This document shows positions 55,701-64,000 of a stretch of 64,000 nt of DNA, piece by piece. This DNA comes from Haliotis rufescens. Its lineage: Eukaryota. Location of the stretch: assembly GCF_023055435.1 (NCBI RefSeq), contig NW_025963857.1, positions 31,682,001 to 31,746,000 of the forward strand, read 5' to 3'. Position numbers and translations under genes: made by a program. Every line of letters starts with the position of its first letter. Positions within the stretch are counted from its first letter, which is position 1. The notes under the pieces were generated by a model, which was not told the origin of the DNA, searched no databases, and saw nothing but the letters and a program-made list of their open reading frames with translations.

Positions 55701-58700
55701 GCCTATACTACTCCAATTGTGTATGCATATATATAATCAAATTCACATTATTAATCTCCTCAGAAAATAGAATATATTATCATAACACAACAGCTTGTAT
55801 TTCAAACATTCTGCCATAGACATTAGATCTAATTAATATTACATTTACAAATTATTGATGTACACTGTACTCTCAATTAACGTATGATAATCTATTCCAA
55901 GTCTTCAACTCTTATTTGATATGTTATCTGAAATGTCAGCAATGAGAAAACTTTATTTTTTTCCGTTACAATCTGCAATTTTATTCAAATAGGCTAATAG
56001 ACAGTCAGTGATTTCCCGCCTCTTTGAATTTATCGTCTGGACAGGTTCACGTGATTTGAACTCAGAAAGGAATGTTTTACAGTGAGAAAGCTGTCCAAAT
56101 GGATCCAATATTAAACAACCTAGACTTTTAATATTTTAGCTTCATCTATAAGAATCTCAAATGGTTCAATTTATAACATCAACAGTAAAAAGTAATTAGA
56201 TTTGCTGACAATATATAGATAATAGATTTCTGAAAGACAATGGTTTCAGTGTAAATGTGATTTCGTTTTGATGTTTTACATAGTTTTATTTATGTTTTTT
56301 TTTTCACTCTGCATTATCTTAATTATCAAATACTTCGATCAGTGACATAGTACTAATTACCATGTTTTGTATCCTTAGTATGAAATAGATTTTAACAAAA
56401 TAAATATTTCTCAAAATCAAAGCCTTCTTGTGGTTCTTTTTTTACCATTTTAATTTGTATATCTTTCCTCAAAGCTGTAGTTTAGCTAGACCAAAAGAAA
56501 AATAGGAAAGACATATTTACTAACTGAAAACCATTTATCTTTCAGATTTTGCTGGTTAATTTTCGAAGTTCAATACCAAGAATATATTTATCCATTTATG
56601 ACAAATAATTCCATTACTTTCATTGACTTACGATTATTATCTATTTCAAACTTTTCCTTTAGTAGAATGGGATGGAATGGGAAACCACTGGAAATAAACT
56701 ATCAGGTATGTCCTTAAATGTACATGTACATACCTAGGTGTAAAGACACTTCTTAAGTCGTATTTATAAAACAATATGAAAGAAAAAGTTGTATTTATAT
56801 GGACTATCCATACAAGTATATTTTGAGCAAAGGTCTAAGTAAGGCAGTCAAGTGCGAAATACTAGCTGAGACGAGGATGTATGTTTTCTAGTGGGCATAG
56901 TGAAACATGAACTGTATATACATTGAACACTACTTTAATCGAAGTAATTCATATTTTCATTATTTTCTCTTTCACTTGATCTAGATATTATTTATAATTG
57001 TACCGTAAAACAATAATATTGCCTTCCTTCACCTGTACTGTGCAAGTTATCATTTCCTTGTATTAAATATAGCCTACTTTTAAAATTAAAATTGTCCAAT
57101 TACATCTTGTTTCAAGTTTTTATAATTAATTACAGCACATCATGACACCCGAAGTATCAATAAGCGGTCTGTGTGATTGCACAGCGAAGCAATGACATAT
57201 GGCTTCCGAGTTGCGAGTGATCGAAAATAGTTTTTTTTAATAGATTTGCTGCCCATGAAAATGTTTCAATGATCTTGATTGAATCTACATGTACTTACTC
57301 TTGGGTGGTATTACATTAGTATGAACTTGTTCATTATTAAGAAATAATACTGAAGTCCGATATTGAGCGGTGTCAATTAGAGTATTGTTAGGGCTGTTTA
57401 GCGATCTTTCACAGTTTGTCCTTTGAAAATGTATGATGTCAATTACCCCGAAGTTGTTTTTATCATTAATAAAAGGGCATGGTCAATGAAACATACATGG
57501 ACGTAACAGGGTAGTGTGACATAATCGTTGAAACAGTCTGCATATGAACTAATCACGACCACTTCTGTCAATTTTGTTTTGCCGTCAAAAACACAGACAA
57601 TTTCTTCGGGATTTTTTATCAGTAAATATAACTCACGGAAAACTCTCAGTGAATGTGTACTGCAACATCAATGTCATATGTCTATCACTGTTATGATATG
57701 TACTTGCCAATGATATGAATTATTGGACATTTAGATTTCAAACATGAGCGCTTACTTGACTTTACTTGCCATATTCGGGTGCTTCCATATTACGAGTAAT
57801 GTAGAAAAGTAGGAAACATACAATACCAGCACTTTTATCAATGGCTAGGCAGTGCATAGATCTTTTGGATTTGGTGACTTTAGATACTGATGGAAAGACA
57901 ATCAACTCAAGTTACCTGTTATACAATTTGGTAATACTGTGTGAAGAAATAACACTTTTGATACAATGTATACATTTTTGAATCTGCGACATCATAGTGC
58001 GGCACTAAGCAGTATGCAAAGCCAGTTGACGGCCAGGCACTATGAGGGTTAAGTCTGTGTATAAAAAACAAACAGAATGTCTAATTAACCTTTTTGGGAA
58101 AGTGTTCTGTCAGACACGTTTCAGTTACTGTACATGTAGATCTATATTCATGTACATAAATGTTACCTTGAGTCAGAAGCATGTTCATATTACTTTGGCA
58201 TGACTGTGAGTTTGAAAAATATATTCATTAAAACTGAAAAAAACCCTGCTTTTTTAAAGTTTTACGGACTGGAATTTTCCTCCATATGTACTTGAGTCAA
58301 GGGCAATGGTACATAACTTTAAAAAAGGGCCTCTGTGACCTGGTGATAGCAAGCAATGACATGGTTAAACTTTGGAAATGTTTGGGAAAATATCAAAATG
58401 ACATTAAAAATAAAAAAAATAAATTCGTATTGGGTACATGAGATATGAGATGACGAAATTGTAAAAGTATTGAAGGAATATTTAAGATTTGTTGGATGTC
58501 ACAGAACACTGTTGAAAGGTTATACATATCTTCTATTTATAAACACACTGGAAACGAATAGAGCATTTGTTCCCACTCACTGTGGTTGAAATGACTATCT
58601 AAGTTAAGTACTCGTAACACAAATATTATAACTTCCAATGTGTGACATGTTTCTATAAAACAGTAAAGATCTTGAAGAAGGGTGGTCAATGTAAGTTATG

Positions 58701-58984
58701 ACAACGCCTGTTCCGCAACTAGACCTACTGTCACAATTGCAATGACTATGCATGCATATACAGGTACACATATAAAATGTTCACAATTATTAAATAATAA
58801 ATAAATCATTGTACACATATATTTTCTAAATACCCAATGTTGATCGATCCGTAATGTTATGGTGGGAAGTAAATCAGACCTGAATTTTGTCCAAGATTCC
58901 GAAATGCAACCGGTGCACAAACGGGTTCTGAACGTCCGGTACAACAAGTGATTCTTGTCGCGCAATGGGCACGTTTCTCTTCAT
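16589..58984 (-). CDS. LPCAT2: Lysophosphatidylcholine acyltransferase (LPCAT1/2 family), whole spliced gene: join(58984-58880, 50123-49981, [43306-43089 OR 32956-32736], 30309-30136, 26662-26604, 26258-26224, 25769-25715, 24715-24633, 24061-23936, 23549-23405, 22553-22455, 21936-21795, 16716-16589); 503/504 aa
   Basis: Every exon is bounded by AG/GT with matching phases; the CDS sums to 1512 or 1515 nt. Motifs: NPF, PHSTFFD (HxxxxD), QPVFVRR, IFPEGTCTNRSCLITFKPGAF.PGVPVQPV, DT.TWTW, TDHTYDDCRLM, EF-hands (DRDNSGTIDFREY, DCDNDDKISFDEF), C-terminal KAKFD. LPCAT1 versus LPCAT2 cannot be resolved for an invertebrate. Confidence 0.95.
16942..17179 (-). mobile_element. SINE-like family B copy
   Basis: Homologous to the 9570, 29414, 45762 and 60440 copies. 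Confidence 0.85.
17611..21166 (-). mobile_element. DIRS1-type retrotransposon with ITRs and ICR, internally deleted, in the last LPCAT intron
   Basis: Inverted terminal repeats 17645-17789 and 21015-21159; ICR 17854-17919 complementary to both ends; RT (IDLQDAYLHVPI, FYLDD) 19098-20066; YR C-terminal half about 18536-19118 (EIHAI, FLAKNQ, LCPVR, HEIR, H*LRD). Confidence 0.95.
18073..18351. repeat. Two-copy tandem duplication of about 140 bp inside the DIRS 3' region
   Basis: ACAGCATGGTTAATGCTCTTC...AAGGTAACTAAA at 18073-18212 and 18213-18351. Confidence 0.9.
21795..21936 (-). CDS. LPCAT2: LPCAT exon 12, EF-hands (LFDTENQGHISREGF...FDKVDCDNDDKISF)
   Basis: tttcag| acceptor, G|GTAGGT donor, 142 nt. 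Confidence 0.92.
22455..22553 (-). CDS. LPCAT2: LPCAT exon 11, EF-hand (DNSGTIDFREYVIGLSLVSGPANSNDTVQFAFQ)
   Basis: ctacag| acceptor, |GTAAAT donor, 99 nt. Confidence 0.93.
22746..22912 (-). mobile_element. Short tRNA-derived SINE family D
   Basis: GGTAGCCCAGTGATTAAG A box, GGTTCAATGCC B box, CTGGAATATTGC..GCGTAAAAC tail then (TCAC)n; flanking AACAT. Confidence 0.8.
23405..23549 (-). CDS. LPCAT2: LPCAT exon 10 (VNSKQMQGYLEKF...INLEEFASYLHLP...VFALYDR)
   Basis: ttgcag| acceptor, |GTAAGA donor, 145 nt. Confidence 0.92.
23936..24061 (-). CDS. LPCAT2: LPCAT exon 9 (HLNCPVTDHTYDDCRLMVRAARLKLPMEAGLVEFQKLHQKL)
   Basis: tttcag| acceptor, |GTTTGT donor, 126 nt. Confidence 0.93.
24633..24715 (-). 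CDS. LPCAT2: LPCAT exon 8 (FLPVYNPSEEEKNDARLFAHNVRAVMAK)
   Basis: tttcag| acceptor, |GTAAGT donor, 83 nt. Confidence 0.93.
24739..25010 (-). mobile_element. SINE family A copy, degraded
   Basis: TATAGTGCTAGC, CAGGGTAACAACAAATACCA and TTTAACATCTTTTGG blocks shared with 2884-3233. Confidence 0.7.
25715..25769 (-). CDS. LPCAT2: LPCAT exon 7 (FACLWYTFCQFNNQVEIE)
   Basis: tttcag| acceptor, |GTTAGT donor, 55 nt. Confidence 0.9.
26224..26258 (-). CDS. LPCAT2: LPCAT exon 6 (DTFTWTWDGPKA)
   Basis: ctccag| acceptor, |GTGAGT donor, 35 nt; DT.TWTW motif. Confidence 0.92.
26604..26662 (-). CDS. LPCAT2: LPCAT exon 5 (GAFYPGVPVQPVCLRYFNKL)
   Basis: ttttag| acceptor, |GTAAGT donor, 59 nt; motif IV PVQPV. 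Confidence 0.93.
27793..28218. mobile_element. hAT-like MITE
   Basis: TAGGG...CCCTA termini, 8-bp TSD TAATGAAG/TAATTAAG (7 of 8), internal CTATTG(C/T)GATA repeats; a related flank copy at 27460-27520 lacks the insert. Confidence 0.7.
29414..29672 (-). mobile_element. SINE-like family B copy, full length
   Basis: Perfect 11-bp TSD GAACAATAAGT (29403-29413 and 29673-29683). Confidence 0.9.
29673..30012. repeat. 34-bp minisatellite, 10 near-perfect copies
   Basis: Unit GAACAATAAGTAGTGTTTGGGAAGACCCTGGTGT. Confidence 0.97.
30136..30309 (-). CDS. LPCAT2: LPCAT exon 4 (LIQFTQPVFVRREDPNSR...WPQVLIFPEGTCTNRSCLITFKP)
   Basis: tgtcag| acceptor, G|GTGAGA donor, 174 nt; FPEGT motif III. Confidence 0.95.
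32736..32956 (-). CDS. LPCAT2: LPCAT exon 3b, alternative catalytic motif I exon (AFSGLLLWLGRCVIF...APHSTFFD...VAKIESSSLPFLG)
   Basis: ctttgatag| acceptor, A|GTAGGT donor, 221 nt, phase 2 to 1, open frame, paralogous to exon 3a. Confidence 0.9.
32957..33130 (-). promoter_or_regulatory. Candidate splicing-regulatory region upstream of exon 3b
   Basis: C/U-rich tract of about 110 nt in the pre-mRNA (33022-33130), UGCAUG at 32979-32974 and GCAUG at about 33019-33015. Confidence 0.45.
34100..37972. repeat. 42-47 bp minisatellite array (34100-34740 and 36525-37972) split by the piggyBac-like element
   Basis: Core GTGTGATGACACAAAGGTCACATT plus recurring variant tails (TTACACATAATGTGACACTGGGA, AAGCACATGTAATAGTGTGA, AAGCATGTCATACTGTGA, AAGGACATGTCATACTGGAAGA). 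Confidence 0.97.
34741..36524 (+). mobile_element. Non-autonomous piggyBac-like DNA transposon (1784 bp)
   Basis: TTAA on both sides (34737-40, 36525-28); imperfect TIRs CCCTTTCG..GACTGCCC / GGGCAGCC..GAAAGAG; the host minisatellite unit resumes exactly across the site; transposase N-terminal remnant with an acidic start at ATG 35059 and AIDFFQLFYNDYVFEQIISATNE at about 35330-35398. Confidence 0.9.
39400..39646 (-). mobile_element. SINE family C copy
   Basis: Homologous to 4690-4934; flanking direct repeat GTCATATCAT (39390/39649). Confidence 0.8.
39939..40013 (+). repeat. 17-bp G-rich tandem repeat, about 4.5 copies (G-quadruplex potential)
   Basis: Unit GTGGGGACAAGGTAGGG. Confidence 0.8.
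40995..41222 (-). mobile_element. SINE family C copy, 5'-truncated
   Basis: TGTGGGAGGAAAGCC, TGCTGACAAACCTAGAA and GGATTCGAACC blocks. Confidence 0.75.
43089..43306 (-). CDS. LPCAT2: LPCAT exon 3a, catalytic motif I (VLRPLIVVLCRGVFF...APHSTFFD...VAKAESEKVPIFG)
   Basis: tctgtag| acceptor, A|GTACGA donor, 218 nt, phase 2 to 1, open frame. Confidence 0.92.
43658..43954. mobile_element. MITE remnant
   Basis: Inverted ends CAGGCATTTATCTAG / CTAGATAAATCCCTG; no clear TSD. Confidence 0.5.
45762..46024 (-). mobile_element. SINE-like family B copy, full length
   Basis: Family homology; TSD TGTAAGT (45755/46025). Confidence 0.85.
46368..46783. mobile_element. Possible MITE remnant
   Basis: Inverted ends CAGGGTTTGACA / TGTTGAGCCCTG; no clear TSD. 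Confidence 0.4.
48061..48305 (-). mobile_element. SINE-like family B copy, diverged
   Basis: GAGTCTGGACCAGACAATCCAGTGAT and ATCAACCAAGTCA blocks. Confidence 0.7.
49981..50123 (-). CDS. LPCAT2: LPCAT exon 2, membrane segment (IVIMSVTVAPLRLLMSGMCLVLAWPLAAL...PLTGWR)
   Basis: tttcag| acceptor, AA|GTATGT donor, 143 nt, phase 0 to 2; P.R...LAWP...PLTGWR motif. Confidence 0.92.
50921..51163 (+). mobile_element. SINE family A copy, 3'-truncated
   Basis: Near-identical to the reverse complement of about 2990-3232. Confidence 0.88.
52565..52665 (-). mobile_element. SINE-like family B 3' fragment
   Basis: GTTG tail followed by TTTAACGCCGCACTCAGCAATATTCCAGC...CCAGACAATCCAGT. Confidence 0.8.
53880..55429 (+). 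pseudogene. Polinton/Maverick (adintovirus-like) family B DNA polymerase remnant, 5'-truncated and frameshifted
   Basis: YHDLY..DVLLLADIFE, PGLSWDALLK, RGGIS, YLDSNNLYGWAMSQPLP, KLVPNL, KLKNNSVFG.TMEN, YTDTDS, C-terminal TYAYGY, split over ORFs 53841-54728, 54694-55179 and 55212-55397. Confidence 0.9.
55418..55550 (-). pseudogene. C-terminal fragment of a Polinton-type retroviral-like integrase
   Basis: Minus strand reads ...GEPILYYLKDGLGRGFVREELLIVPNDTLLPP*, resembling the YYL.DGP.RGFVREELL..P tail I recall from Polinton integrases; convergent with pPolB. Confidence 0.65.
58880..58984 (-). CDS. LPCAT2: LPCAT coding exon 1 (MKRNVPIARQESLVVPDVQNPFVHRLHFGILDKIQ)
   Basis: ATG in AAA-ATG context, conserved NPFV motif, 105 nt, donor CAG|GTCTGA, phase 0 matching exon 2. 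Confidence 0.85.
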
Positions 58985-60058
58985 TTTCTCTAGTTTGGTT
59001 GATCAGCAGACACTTGTCACATCGGTATCACATTGGAATATACAACTCGGACATTGCGTTATCTTTTGTGCCGTTTATCACGGCTTTGAGGTGTTGTACG
59101 AGTTTATTTTTAGCATGTACTATTAACCGTTCAACACATCGCGCTTTCGATCTGACAGTGCGTGTCTCTGTTGTATGACGAGCAACTAACTGTCATGGGT
59201 CAAATCAGTTATTACGTTATATCAAAAATATTTTAAACTTCCTCCAAACACACGTTTGATAACTGTTGATAGTGTTATCGTTCAGAATAAATAATTTAAA
59301 TGGAAACAAAAAATAATAATTTCATGATGCAACATAAAGTTGGAATGACAGTCACCAATATCTGTGACTAAATGTGCTCAGTGAGGAATTTACCAGAATT
59401 AATAGTGTTAATAAAATGTTTTATGCTGATCCTATAAACATTAAGAGAATATGATGAAATATACACAATAACACATCATCCATGGTACACAAATTTAAGC
59501 TTTTTATGAACTAAATTTGTACAAAACATTTCTAATTCTTAAACATTTCCTTCAAATAAAAAAGGAAACTGACCTTTTGAATTTATTTAAAAATATCACA
59601 TCTCAGACATTAAACACTTTATATTTGTCATTAAAAAAGTCAGAACAATGAAAGTTTGAAAATGAAATGAGCTTGTGACTGCTGGTTTATACAATCACCA
59701 AGAGAATATACCTGTAACTAAAATAGTATTCACTCACTCACACATTAATGTGCCTTGTATTGACAATACTCAGGAAACTTGGCTCAATACTTTTGAAATA
59801 CGAAGCAATGACTGTATAATTGCACTGATCTCCTTAATAAGCATTAAGTGTTTACTGCTACTAGAAACCTACAGATGATATAAATACATTAATTACTTGG
59901 CCACCAAGAGTACCTGCATGGTTTTTTACTGAAAACATGGTGGATATTTGGTAAATATTGTCAAATTACGTCTCAGTGAAGCTGGGGATGGATGGGGAGT
60001 GACTTGGTCGGGACATTAGCATGTTTACCCAGGGTGTTGAAGACTTCCCACCCATAGA

Positions 60059-60408
60059 ACATATTAAAGCACAGTAGAACACATATATGTACATAAAACA
60101 CAATTACACATAGGACATATTAAAGCACAGTAGAACACATATATGTACATAAAACACAATTACACATAGGACATATTAAAGCACAGTAGAACACATATAT
60201 GTACATCAAACACAATTACACATAGGACATATTAAAGCACAGTAGAACACATATATGTACATAAAACACAATTACACATAGGACATATTAAAGCACAGTA
60301 GAACACATATATGTACATCAAACACAATTACACATAGGACATATTAAAGCACAGTAGAACACATATATGTACATAAAACACAATTACACATAGGACATAT
60401 TAAAGCAC
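60059..60408. repeat. 56-bp minisatellite, about 6 copies
   Basis: Unit ACATATTAAAGCACAGTAGAACACATATATGTACATAAAACACAATTACACATAGG. Confidence 0.95.
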
Positions 60409-60439
60409 CATACAACATAATAATACACAGAACATATTA

Positions 60440-60703
60440 GTTTTGGTTTGTTGCTTAACGCAGCACTCAGCAATATTCCAGCCATATGACGGCAGTCTGT
60501 AAATAATCGAGTCTGGACCAGACAATCCAGTGATTGACATGATGAGCATTGATCCACGCAATTGAGATACAATGACATGCATCAACTAAGTCAGCGAGTC
60601 TTACCACCCGATCCCGTTATTTGCCTCTTACGACAAGCATAGTCACCTTTTACGGCAAGCGTGGGTTGTTGAAGACCTATTCTAACCCGGATCTTCACGG
60701 GTC
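60440..60703 (-). mobile_element. SINE-like family B copy, full length
   Basis: Family homology over about 260 bp. Confidence 0.85.
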
Positions 60704-62099
60704 ACTGAACACTGAACATATTAAGTGCCATATAACACAATTATACTCAGAGCATAAAATACAACCAACCATACAAAGTACATATTAAATTACTTCAGAA
60801 CACAATTATACCCTGAACATATAAAATCACTTCAGAACACAAATATTCACTATGCATATGAAAACACCTCAGAACACAATTAAACACAGAACATATTAAA
60901 AGACAAACTGTATCATAAGTCCACACAATAATGTTGCCAACAGTTACATCTTTCAAGTATTTATGAAGACATGGTCATTCAGCTCACCCATAAGCTGTAT
61001 ACATGGCAGTTAGGCATTAAGCATATTGTTAGACGTCATAATTTTAATAAAGGTATTTTATACATGTGTGCTTTGTTTAGATATTTGAAGTTGTACAACT
61101 TCACAAGTCCCTCCATTTAGAACATATTACAGTGACATATCTGGACCTGTCAGAGGCTGGCATTCAGCTCCAAGTCTTCAGCAAATTTCACTACATATTC
61201 TCAAATTGGAATTACAAAATTGCCAATTTCAAAAAAATTGTAACTAAAATGGCTTTGTAGAGGTAACTTCTATTTCACTCATAACAGGACCAATAAAAAG
61301 CAAAAAGCATTACTGTACTGGATGCAATATTGCACGACCTCTTACTTTAAGAAAAGTCACTAAAATATTGTCAATTTGGCTCAAAATAATTATCTTTTCA
61401 CAACTTGCCTGTCAATTTTGAATCATAAAATCCAATTTAAAAAAACAATTCCAGTAACCTATCCATCTTAAACTTCATTCTTCATTGAAATTAACATGTT
61501 TTAACAATATCGTAAAACAACATTCACTCACTCAAGACATTACATAGAAATTCTATATCTTGGCAACTAAATCGATTTGTCATTCTATATAACTTGTATG
61601 TAAAATAATTATTTAAAATGTAATTATTATTAATAATTTGTTGTGATCTAATATTGTAATAAACATTTTGATGAATAATTACTGCCATATTAGAAATTAT
61701 ATTTGATCCATGTTTACATATATTTGCAGCATGTTGGTAACTGGATGCAAAATCAGTTTGGTGTAAGATCACTATGATTTGTTTTACAAAATATCTTTCA
61801 GGAAAGGGATTCAGAATTTGAATAAGAATATATTATAATATGCAAAGGTTTAAACATTTGAAATGTGGTGCATGAATCTACAACATTAATAAATCTGTCC
61901 AAAGCATTTCTAATAATTAGGAATATAACTGGTTATTTCGAAATAAGACTTTATTCGTCGAGACAATCCAAACACACTGTTGTTATGAATTCAAAAGGGG
62001 GCTATCGCGGTTGTTAGGGGTGTTTCGGGTACACCGTTTGGTGACTGTTGTCATATTTAAAATCTGAAAGCTGTTGTTAGTCCAATATCACTAGCCTTG

Positions 62100-62230
62100 T
62101 GTCGTATTTCCGGTACGCATGCGTACTTCCTGGTCGTGAAGGATTATGGGCTGGTGCAAAGATCCCTGGGAGCGCCAGGTTTATTACACTGAAACACCCA
62201 AGATGGCAACCATTCAGATAATCTAAAAGG
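62100..62230 (+). promoter_or_regulatory. Putative housekeeping-type promoter / 5' leader of CK1 alpha
   Basis: CpG-containing patch with ETS cores (ATTTCCGG 62106, ACTTCCTG 62125) flanking the perfect palindrome GTACGCATGCGTAC (62113-62126, NRF1-like), and YY1-type CAAGATGGC (62199-62207). Confidence 0.6.
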
Positions 62231-62285
62231 TGAAAAATAAGCCTCTTTTCTCCGGTTCTAAGGCATTTTTGAACACTCTACCAAC

Positions 62286-63266
62286 ATGTCTAGCGAAGCA
62301 GATACGTCTCGCGCTAAAAGTGAATTCATTGTAGGCCAGAAATACCGTCTTGTGAGGAAAATCGGCAGTGGAAGTTTTGGCGACATTTATTTGGCGATCA
62401 ACATACACAGTGGAGAAGAGGTTGCTGTGAAGTTAGAATCGCTGAAAGCTCGCCACCCCCAACTGCTGTATGAAAGTAAGCTTTACAAAATACTACAGGG
62501 AGGAGTTGGAATACCTCATATCCGATGGTTTGGTGATGAAAAAGATTACAATGTCCTGGTCATGGATCTCCTTGGCCCGAGTTTGGAAGATCTGTTTAAC
62601 TTCTGCTCCAGGCGATTCACCATGAAAACGGTTCTAATGCTTGCTGACCAAATGATCGGACGCATTGAATACACCCACAACAAAAATTTCATACACAGAG
62701 ACATTAAGCCTGATAACTTCCTGATGGGCATTGGTCGACATTGTAACAAAGTCTTTCTTATTGATTTTGGGTTAGCAAAGAAATTCCGAGATTCAAGAAC
62801 CAAACAACACATACCATACAGAGAAGACAAAAATCTAACTGGCACAGCTCGATATGCCAGCATCAATGCTCATCTGGGTATTGAACAGAGCAGGCGTGAT
62901 GACATGGAGTCCCTTGGTTACGTGTTGATGTATTTCAATCGGGGATGTCTCCCTTGGCAAGGATTAAAGGCCAACACGAAGAAACAGAAATATGAGAAAA
63001 TCAGCGAAAAGAAGATGTCAACTCCTGTTGAAGTGCTGTGTAAAGGCTTCCCTGCAGAGTTTGCAATGTATTTAAATTACTGCAGGGGTCTGAGATTTGA
63101 AGAGGCACCTGATTATATGTATCTGCGACAGCTGTTCCGCATCTTGTTCCGCACCCTCAACTATCAGTATGATTACACATTTGACTGGACAATGCTAAAG
63201 CAGAAAGCAGCTCAAGTTGCCCAGCATACTACTACAGCTGCCTGTCAACAAAGAGAACGTCCATAA
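62286..63266 (+). CDS. CSNK1A1: Casein kinase I isoform alpha, intronless, 326 aa
   Basis: GSGSFG loop, [75 protein letters not shown]; uninterrupted ORF. Confidence 0.97.
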   Translation: MSSEADTSRAKSEFIVGQKYRLVRKIGSGSFGDIYLAINIHSGEEVAVKLESLKARHPQLLYESKLYKILQGGVGIPHIRWFGDEKDYNVLVMDLLGPSLEDLFNFCSRRFTMKTVLMLADQMIGRIEYTHNKNFIHRDIKPDNFLMGIGRHCNKVFLIDFGLAKKFRDSRTKQHIPYREDKNLTGTARYASINAHLGIEQSRRDDMESLGYVLMYFNRGCLPWQGLKANTKKQKYEKISEKKMSTPVEVLCKGFPAEFAMYLNYCRGLRFEEAPDYMYLRQLFRILFRTLNYQYDYTFDWTMLKQKAAQVAQHTTTAACQQRERP

Positions 63267-64000
63267 AAAGATCCTCATTTGTGAGAACTCAGTACAAATG
63301 TACAACAAACAGATTTCGCTTCTTGTAAGCATTGGTTGGTTACATGAGCCACCTTCTAACCCAGAAAAGCATGAGGGTCCCAACTATTTGAACATGTATG
63401 GTAAAGTTGAGTCCTTTATGAATGTGACCAGAACGCAATGTGAAAGAAGATTCCTACAACATGTAGTGAAGTAGACTTTCTGTGTCTGTGGACTGACAGT
63501 ACAATCCAGCAATTTAAGACCAGAAATTCTTGATAATTTAGTCATTCTGTATATTGCTTCTGTACTGTTTTGAATATATTTATTCCAGGGCTTTATCAGG
63601 CTTTCAAGGGCCTGGTTTTTGGATTTGCCCAAACGAAATAGAAGAGACAAGTGAAAAGATAACCTGAGTTTTCCCAATATGTTATAACTGATAAACATGA
63701 TTCACTGCCCCAGGTGACCATTTTTTCTATAGCAAATTGCTGAAAGATGTAGATTTAGTCTTCAAACTCACCCTGTATTGTATATTTTAAAAGCTAAACA
63801 GTTCAGGGCTTTTATGCTCAAAAGTGTCCTTTTTTCATGAAGACAAATAAACAAAACCCTATTTTATGGTATTTCAACCCAAATTGTGAATTCTCACAGA
63901 TAAGGTAATGTTATATTATCAATAGTTCAAGTAACGTATGTTTTTTTGTCAATGGTATTGATATATATTTTGGGGAAAAAATGTCCTTGCAGCTCAAAGC

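Noticed and set aside
62546-62866. 106-aa antisense ORF
   Set aside because: Shadow of the CK1 alpha coding sequence
62286-63266. CK1 alpha nested in an LPCAT intron
   Set aside because: LPCAT coding exon 1 with ATG was found at 58880-58984, so the genes are divergent; a more distant non-coding exon cannot be excluded

Overview
AT-rich eukaryotic (invertebrate animal) genomic DNA; the SINE/MITE content suggests a mollusc, possibly abalone-like (inference). Most of the window is one complete minus-strand lysophosphatidylcholine acyltransferase gene (LPCAT1/2 type; ATG at 58984, stop at 16589), which I reconstructed exon by exon with consistent GT-AG sites and phases: 13 coding exons per mRNA, 503 or 504 aa, EF-hands and a C-terminal KxKxx. 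The main finding is that the exon carrying the catalytic HxxxxD motif is present as two intact, diverged copies (3a 43089-43306; 3b 32736-32956; about 44% aa identity) with identical phases. Including both or neither causes a frameshift and early stop, so this looks like a mutually exclusive exon switch of the active site. An intronless casein kinase 1 alpha gene (62286-63266, +) lies head-to-head with LPCAT. Introns and flanks hold two DIRS1-type retrotransposons (one with ITRs plus a partial ICR and an internal deletion), a Polinton/adintovirus pPolB plus integrase remnant, a TTAA piggyBac derivative inside a hairpin minisatellite, a mariner relic, MITEs, four SINE-like families and several minisatellites. 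All alignments and counts were done by eye.
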